64,000 nt of DNA from Escherichia phage vB_EcoP_YF01. Location: sequence record OQ025076.1; one strand, written 5' to 3'. The notes under the pieces are model-generated. The model saw nothing but the letters and a program-made list of their open reading frames with translations, was not told where the DNA came from and ran no database searches. Shown here piece after piece: positions 58,793 through 64,000 of the stretch (within the stretch, counting starts at the first letter, position 1; every line of letters begins with the position of its first letter). Made by a program: the position numbers and the translations under genes.

Positions 58793-59896
58793 TTACAGCG
58801 CTTGCTCTAACTGATTTTCCAGATGATCTGGAATGTATCCTGTGATGTTGCTATCACTGTGACCTGACTCACGTAGCAAGTCAAAAATAGCACGGATACG
58901 TTGCTCTGGTGCAGATCGTACAGTAGATAGGTCAGTTGTACGAAGCATAACCAGAATCTCTTGGTACAAGTTGTTAGCGTTCCCTCGTACATATCCAAGG
59001 AATCCGTAGAAGTCTGAGATAAGACGTAAGTCAACAAGAACTTCTCCGTTGGAGTTGGTTCGACGTAAACGAATACGACCAGACTGCTCTACTCCATGAG
59101 AACGGCAATACAAAACATCACGGGCCATACAATACCCTGAATGCAAATCCGATTCGTCCAGATTGTAATCCAGAGGAAGGTAAGGAAGCATTGGGGCAAA
59201 TCGTACAGTATTTAAATGCTCAATAAACTGATCATTGCTCATCTCTGCGTTATCTAAAGCCAGCTTCTTCAACATCAAGAAGCGGTTAACCAGATTGAGA
59301 AGTTGACCACGTTTCCACTTAGGCTCACTGATACGGAACTCAATCGAACCGTATTGGGCAAGTGGCAGAAGGTTCAGAGATGTATATTTATCCCACGAAC
59401 GAACCAGACGGTTGAAGAACTCTTCATCGTCGTAGTTAAATGCGTCAGAGGCATTCATTACCTGTGCTTGTACCACTGCAAACGCAGGGCAGAAGTTGCT
59501 ACGGTAACGATGATAGCCTGAACACTTGAACAACACCTTTTCATAGAAGGTCCAAGCGAGAATGGTTTTCTTGAGGATATTACTATCAGCATCCCTCATA
59601 TCCATATGAACGTGAGTAGAGCAACGCCAAGTCCCCTCGGCGTGCGATTCAGCTACTGCTTCACTCAGGTTGTTGATAGCGTCTAACAACTCCTGTCCGT
59701 TGTAAGGTCGTGAACATACCATTTCACAACCATTACGCAGGGAACCATCCTCTGTACAATCCCACATATCTGCTTCGATATGATCGGAACCTTCGAGTTC
59801 AAGTTCAATACCGACACCGCACTGAAGTGCAATTGAACTATGCGCCTCAGTTAAACGACCTTCTCGATATCCAAAAGTTTGCGCTACAGTTGTCAT
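58793..59896 (-). CDS. Amidoligase-like (COOH-NH2 ligase) protein
   Basis: GVGIELELEG, TEDGSLRNGCEMVCSRP and STHVHMD resemble the phage amidoligase pattern as I recall it. Confidence 0.55.
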   Translation of the reverse strand: MTTVAQTFGYREGRLTEAHSSIALQCGVGIELELEGSDHIEADMWDCTEDGSLRNGCEMVCSRPYNGQELLDAINNLSEAVAESHAEGTWRCSTHVHMDMRDADSNILKKTILAWTFYEKVLFKCSGYHRYRSNFCPAFAVVQAQVMNASDAFNYDDEEFFNRLVRSWDKYTSLNLLPLAQYGSIEFRISEPKWKRGQLLNLVNRFLMLKKLALDNAEMSNDQFIEHLNTVRFAPMLPYLPLDYNLDESDLHSGYCMARDVLYCRSHGVEQSGRIRLRRTNSNGEVLVDLRLISDFYGFLGYVRGNANNLYQEILVMLRTTDLSTVRSAPEQRIRAIFDLLRESGHSDSNITGYIPDHLENQLEQAL

Positions 59897-60510
59897 AACG
59901 AATCCACCAACGTAATATTATAATTGCTAAGGTTTTCAGAGATGTGATGAAAATGCTCCAGAAGTCGCATCGGTTGTTGACCGTAAGAGTCACGAGGCGC
60001 TTCCAGATCTGCCTGACCTACCAGTGCACCTTTATAATGCACTTTACCATCTGTAGGATTGATGTAAATATAACGAGTAACCAATCCATCAAATTCAGGA
60101 TTGAACAGACTGTAAACCATTTCACCAGAGATAGAACGACCAATCCCCGGAGCGTTTCGAATCTTGTTACCCATCAAACCCTTCGCTCTCTGACGAACAG
60201 GGTTGATATGAGTCCAGCTTACAGTGTTACCATTATGGAACAGATAACCAACATCAGGTGATTCAAGAATCAAGGTTGGGTCAAACACTGGAATATTCAT
60301 CGTAGTGTTTCGGAGATTCCCATGCTCGTTCTTGTACCACTGCTCTACAACAAAATACAGAGCCTGTTCTGCTTCATGTGAGAAGTCATCGCTGCGGAAG
60401 TTACCGCTCTGCTCAACACCAATCACAAAACATGGAAGGTTGATATTACCTGCTCGTTTAGCAATCCATGTACCATTATAGTAATGAGAAAAATCAGCTA
60501 CTAAGCTCAC
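59893..60510 (-). CDS. Hypothetical protein (cluster member, unassigned)
   Basis: 205 aa; 4-nt overlap with the downstream amidoligase gene. Confidence 0.4.
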   Translation of the reverse strand: MSLVADFSHYYNGTWIAKRAGNINLPCFVIGVEQSGNFRSDDFSHEAEQALYFVVEQWYKNEHGNLRNTTMNIPVFDPTLILESPDVGYLFHNGNTVSWTHINPVRQRAKGLMGNKIRNAPGIGRSISGEMVYSLFNPEFDGLVTRYIYINPTDGKVHYKGALVGQADLEAPRDSYGQQPMRLLEHFHHISENLSNYNITLVDSL

Positions 60511-60519
60511 GATAACCTC

Positions 60520-61326
60520 TTATGCTACCTGAAGGAGTTTGATCTGCTGGTCAGCTTCTTTAACGTTGTTCCCGTTAATGATTTCATGAAGCTTCTCAAT
60601 CGGAAGGCGAGAGTGCAATGCCATCAGAGTGGACATGTCACACTGCTGAACAACCTTGTCAACCTGATCGTAAACAAACTTACGGTTTTCACGATCGCTA
60701 ATCCAGAAGTTAGACAGTGAACGGTATTCGATACCATAGTCTTTATAGCGGATTGCAGACGCTTTACCGTAGAGTTCTTTACGGCGAGTATCTTTGTCCA
60801 TAATTACTGCTGGGAGTGACAGGAAGTAGTCACACAGCACACCAAGCATCATCTGAGTTTGCAGAGTGATATCCAAAGCACCAACGACACCAAGATGTAC
60901 GTGACCACCGGCAGTACGAAGCCCCTTGTTCTGAGAAGTCGGGGATGGGTTTTTCTGACCAGTGAAAGCGTTGAAGTCAGGAGTGCATCCAAAGATGAAC
61001 GCTGATTCATTAAAGGTCTTCATCTCTTCTTCGGTGAAGATGTGAGAGCTGACACCCGGAGCTGTTTCCATATCCAGTTTGTTCAGGACATTGTTAGTAA
61101 GATCAATACCACGTTGCATGTTATCGTTAAACGCTTCAAAACCGCTCTGTGGGTCAATGTCAAACTCAGCCAGTACGTTGTCCTCTTGAAGACGAACATC
61201 CTTAGCCAGAGTGATCTTATCGTCCTTAGAACAGCCTAATAGACCAGCTACAGAGGTGATGATACCGTTGCTAGTACGAACGAACATTTCAGGGTCAGAG
61301 CCGATAAGGAATTTGCGCTTAGTCAT
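60520..61326 (-). CDS. Possible second COOH-NH2 ligase-like protein
   Basis: N-terminal acidic FLIGSDPEMF and later GGHVHLG (E...HxH arrangement); tentative. Confidence 0.35.
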   Translation of the reverse strand: MTKRKFLIGSDPEMFVRTSNGIITSVAGLLGCSKDDKITLAKDVRLQEDNVLAEFDIDPQSGFEAFNDNMQRGIDLTNNVLNKLDMETAPGVSSHIFTEEEMKTFNESAFIFGCTPDFNAFTGQKNPSPTSQNKGLRTAGGHVHLGVVGALDITLQTQMMLGVLCDYFLSLPAVIMDKDTRRKELYGKASAIRYKDYGIEYRSLSNFWISDRENRKFVYDQVDKVVQQCDMSTLMALHSRLPIEKLHEIINGNNVKEADQQIKLLQVA

Positions 61327-62290
61327 TGTAATACTCCACTAGTTCAGAAAAGAGAGATGAGATTGTGTTACCAACTTCTTCAGTAGTAAGGCCAGAGCTT
61401 GGGCCAGTACGTTGAATTAGTCGGGCGGTAAAGTTTTGTACTGTAATGTTTCCCAACTTGTCGTCTATTGATTCACGTTTGTGACCATAACAGTTGGACC
61501 AGAGTCTTAACCACTCTGACATTGTTTCATACTCGTCCGGGTCTTGATCTTTAGCACGAGCAAATCTTCGTAAGGCATCTTGGTTATGGTTACGAACATA
61601 ACCGTCCTTGTTGTCACCAACACCGAAGGGGTTTTGAACCCACACTTGCTTCGTATATTCATCAGAGTCTACAACCAAAGGAAGGAATGCTGCTGCTGAC
61701 ATATTGTTGTTAATAACAACAGATGTACTCTCGCTACTCCCATTGGCTCTTCCTCGTTGAGACCATCCACCGAAGAAGTCACGACCTAACCCAGCTAACA
61801 CTAGAGCGATACCGATGCGTTTACGCTTCAGCCACTCTTCCCTGTCTTCAATTCCTTCTGCTAGGAAATCCATTCCACGATATTGCCCTTCCAGAATACT
61901 GCGGAAGAGCATAAGTCCTGTGAAGATCTGATCTGCTGGATGCTCACGAAGGTTGACCGCGACACTATTCGCTGAAGTGATCGTAAATACGTCACGATAG
62001 CAAGACATAGAGTTCATAATGTCTGCTGTTTCAACCAAGTTCTTTTCAATTTCAGATGTAACATGACCATGAAAAGAGTGAGTCCAGTAATTCAACATCT
62101 CCAATTGCAAGTTGATATCACGGTTGAAGCGTCTATAACGCCCCTCTTCCGTGATAACTTCGCCATTAATATCGTTTACGCATTGGCCTTGCATGTAGTT
62201 GTGGATACCGAAGCATCCACGACCTAAGAACTTCTGTTCCCCTAAATCCTGTTGAAGATTCAGAGGTACGATCGTTGTGGAGATTGACAT
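61319..62290 (-). CDS. Hypothetical protein (cluster member, unassigned)
   Basis: 323 aa; 8-nt overlap with the downstream gene; no motif recognised. Confidence 0.4.
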   Translation of the reverse strand: MSISTTIVPLNLQQDLGEQKFLGRGCFGIHNYMQGQCVNDINGEVITEEGRYRRFNRDINLQLEMLNYWTHSFHGHVTSEIEKNLVETADIMNSMSCYRDVFTITSANSVAVNLREHPADQIFTGLMLFRSILEGQYRGMDFLAEGIEDREEWLKRKRIGIALVLAGLGRDFFGGWSQRGRANGSSESTSVVINNNMSAAAFLPLVVDSDEYTKQVWVQNPFGVGDNKDGYVRNHNQDALRRFARAKDQDPDEYETMSEWLRLWSNCYGHKRESIDDKLGNITVQNFTARLIQRTGPSSGLTTEEVGNTISSLFSELVEYYND

Positions 62291-62300
62291 AACTAACCTT

Positions 62301-63497
62301 TTATTTTCCTAAAAATAATCCGCTCATAACACCATCCCACTCAGAGGACGGAATCACTGAATACTCCGAACTTTGGTCCAGAGTCCCACTACTAAATCGC
62401 TGAACAATGTTGTAGATGTTGAACAGGTCTTTAGTCTCAGCACGAATGCCGTAGATTAGCCTGTTAGTTGTTCTCTCATTTTTAGACACGCGACGAGTAA
62501 AGTTGATCAGAAGGTTGTCACATTTCAGGATTTCTGATTCACTCTCTACTAAATCAGGGTGCATCACCGGCAAGAACATTGAGTTATTGACTCGTAATTC
62601 TGCTGTTTCATCATTCTCATAATGAATCCACTTAAAGTCTTCATCACGGAAGTGACCACACCCATCTCTGTATGACTGTTGACGCCAAGGCACTTGAAAT
62701 GCTTCAGCATATTTATCAGCCATACCAACCGTAAACAACGACGCTGGGAAGATACAAGCATCCCAATCGTTACCAACCAGAGTTGCTTTCGTTTCACCCA
62801 AGAGGTTAGTGTAAGTGCTAACCATTCGGGAATAAACGTAAGCCTGAAGGATTGTCCAGCCTTCAACCAACCATTTATGAAGGAAGGTTTCAACTTGACT
62901 CTCTTCATCTTCACAATAGAAGGTTCGATCTAACATCAAATAGAACAGACAACGATCAGCAGGAACATTCTCAGTTGCTACCCCCATAAAACCTTTCTCG
63001 TGCCAGCGTAAACAGGAGGGACGATCTTTGTCCACAAATGCTTCCATAGCTTCCAGTACAGCACGAGGTGTAGTTCGATATTCAGGGTTTTTGTCGTTCC
63101 AACGTTCGATATTATTTTTAAGCTCGCCTTCGTAGTCAATAGCACCCCAACCTAAAGCTGCGGATACAGGCTTTTCGTCACGCCAACGTCTAAAACCTAA
63201 CATCTTCATGTGAGTTCCGGAGTTCCAGATATGCTTGATTTTACACATATCCATCTCTCGGCTTAACAGGAACTCTTCCCCATCAGCACTACGAACGTTA
63301 GCTTCTTCATGCCACACTCGAACGTGCATATTCCACCCATGAGTTGCCTCATACATGTTAGGGTCGAAGTAGTCATCATATTCGTCATCGTCTTCATCAA
63401 CGCCACCGTTATAGTTGCGAAGCTGAAGGAACCCATAACAAGGAGGGTTGACCGTTAAAACATTACCTTCAGTATCTTCTAATGTTACTGGAAACAT
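62301..63497 (-). CDS. Hypothetical protein (cluster member, unassigned)
   Basis: 398 aa; acidic N-terminal region; no motif recognised by eye. Confidence 0.4.
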   Translation of the reverse strand: MFPVTLEDTEGNVLTVNPPCYGFLQLRNYNGGVDEDDDEYDDYFDPNMYEATHGWNMHVRVWHEEANVRSADGEEFLLSREMDMCKIKHIWNSGTHMKMLGFRRWRDEKPVSAALGWGAIDYEGELKNNIERWNDKNPEYRTTPRAVLEAMEAFVDKDRPSCLRWHEKGFMGVATENVPADRCLFYLMLDRTFYCEDEESQVETFLHKWLVEGWTILQAYVYSRMVSTYTNLLGETKATLVGNDWDACIFPASLFTVGMADKYAEAFQVPWRQQSYRDGCGHFRDEDFKWIHYENDETAELRVNNSMFLPVMHPDLVESESEILKCDNLLINFTRRVSKNERTTNRLIYGIRAETKDLFNIYNIVQRFSSGTLDQSSEYSVIPSSEWDGVMSGLFLGK

Positions 63498-63508
63498 TAT
63501 ACCAACCT

Positions 63509-63871
63509 CTATTGGTTTTTAATCAACTCAATCGACTTACGGATATAAAGAATATCTCGGAAGTTTCTGTAGTTGTTCATAAATTGGTGCTTCTGGAAAG
63601 TAGCTTCTTCCAGAGCTTTCTTTGCTTCTGCGTAGTTTTTACGGGCAAGATGTACAACCCTCTCTGGTAACACATTTGCACGACGGATGATATACTTGTG
63701 AGCTTTCATGTTACTTTGCTCACGAGTAATCTTACCTTTAGCAACTTTGATACCATTTGCAATCCAAGCAAGTTCTTGCTCAAGCTCGTCGTTGGACATT
63801 CCACCGAGATTTGATGCAACCTTGTTCAGAGTTTCAATATTAACGTTGCCCTTAATGGGACGTGTATTCAT
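63509..63871 (-). CDS. Hypothetical basic protein
   Basis: 120 aa ORF at the upstream end of the minus-strand operon in this window. Confidence 0.4.
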   Translation of the reverse strand: MNTRPIKGNVNIETLNKVASNLGGMSNDELEQELAWIANGIKVAKGKITREQSNMKAHKYIIRRANVLPERVVHLARKNYAEAKKALEEATFQKHQFMNNYRNFRDILYIRKSIELIKNQ

Positions 63872-64000
63872 ACTTACTCCTGTTGTTTACACTCGTCAAT
63901 AACCCACTGATAAGTGGATTGCCCAGAAAAGAAACACTGAATAAATCCAGATGTTCTCTGCGTTACCAGTGCTAGTGCACAAATCACTACCGCTGCTGCT

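Overview
The window looks like most of a virulent tailed-phage genome: AT-biased, densely coding, with no integrase or repressor seen. Genes fall into two convergent blocks that meet at a bidirectional terminator near 31.4 kb. The plus-strand block (about 0.25-31.4 kb) is the packaging and virion module: small and large terminase, portal, scaffold, major capsid, a multi-Ig-like protein apparently fused to the capsid gene by a -1 frameshift, tail fibres, lysozyme, lytic transglycosylase and a 1.47-kDa-scale coiled-coil internal/tape-measure-like protein. The minus-strand block (31.7-64 kb) carries replication and nucleotide-metabolism genes (family A DNA polymerase with a separately encoded 3'-5' exonuclease, T7 gp4-like primase-helicase, FEN-type 5'-3' exonuclease, ThyX, dCTP deaminase, dNMP kinase, thioredoxin-like protein, PhoH), a Dps-like ferritin, a macro-domain protein, a sigma-70-like factor, an overlapped spanin pair and four HNH endonucleases. 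The most interesting region is 53.4-63.9 kb: a cluster of a class-II (Ntn) glutamine amidotransferase with a zinc-ribbon extension, an ATP-grasp ligase, one or two amidoligase-like proteins, a gamma-glutamyl cyclotransferase-like protein and several unassigned proteins. I interpret it as an uncharacterised amide-bond-forming modification system, possibly acting on DNA bases or a virion/cell-wall target. A 9-mer, TAATGTATA, recurs 34-60 nt upstream of several genes and is probably a phage-specific promoter element. The gene content is reminiscent of phiEco32-like phages; that is from memory and unverified. No rRNA, tRNA or CRISPR array was found by eye. All calls rest on reading motifs in the supplied translations; no database search was run.
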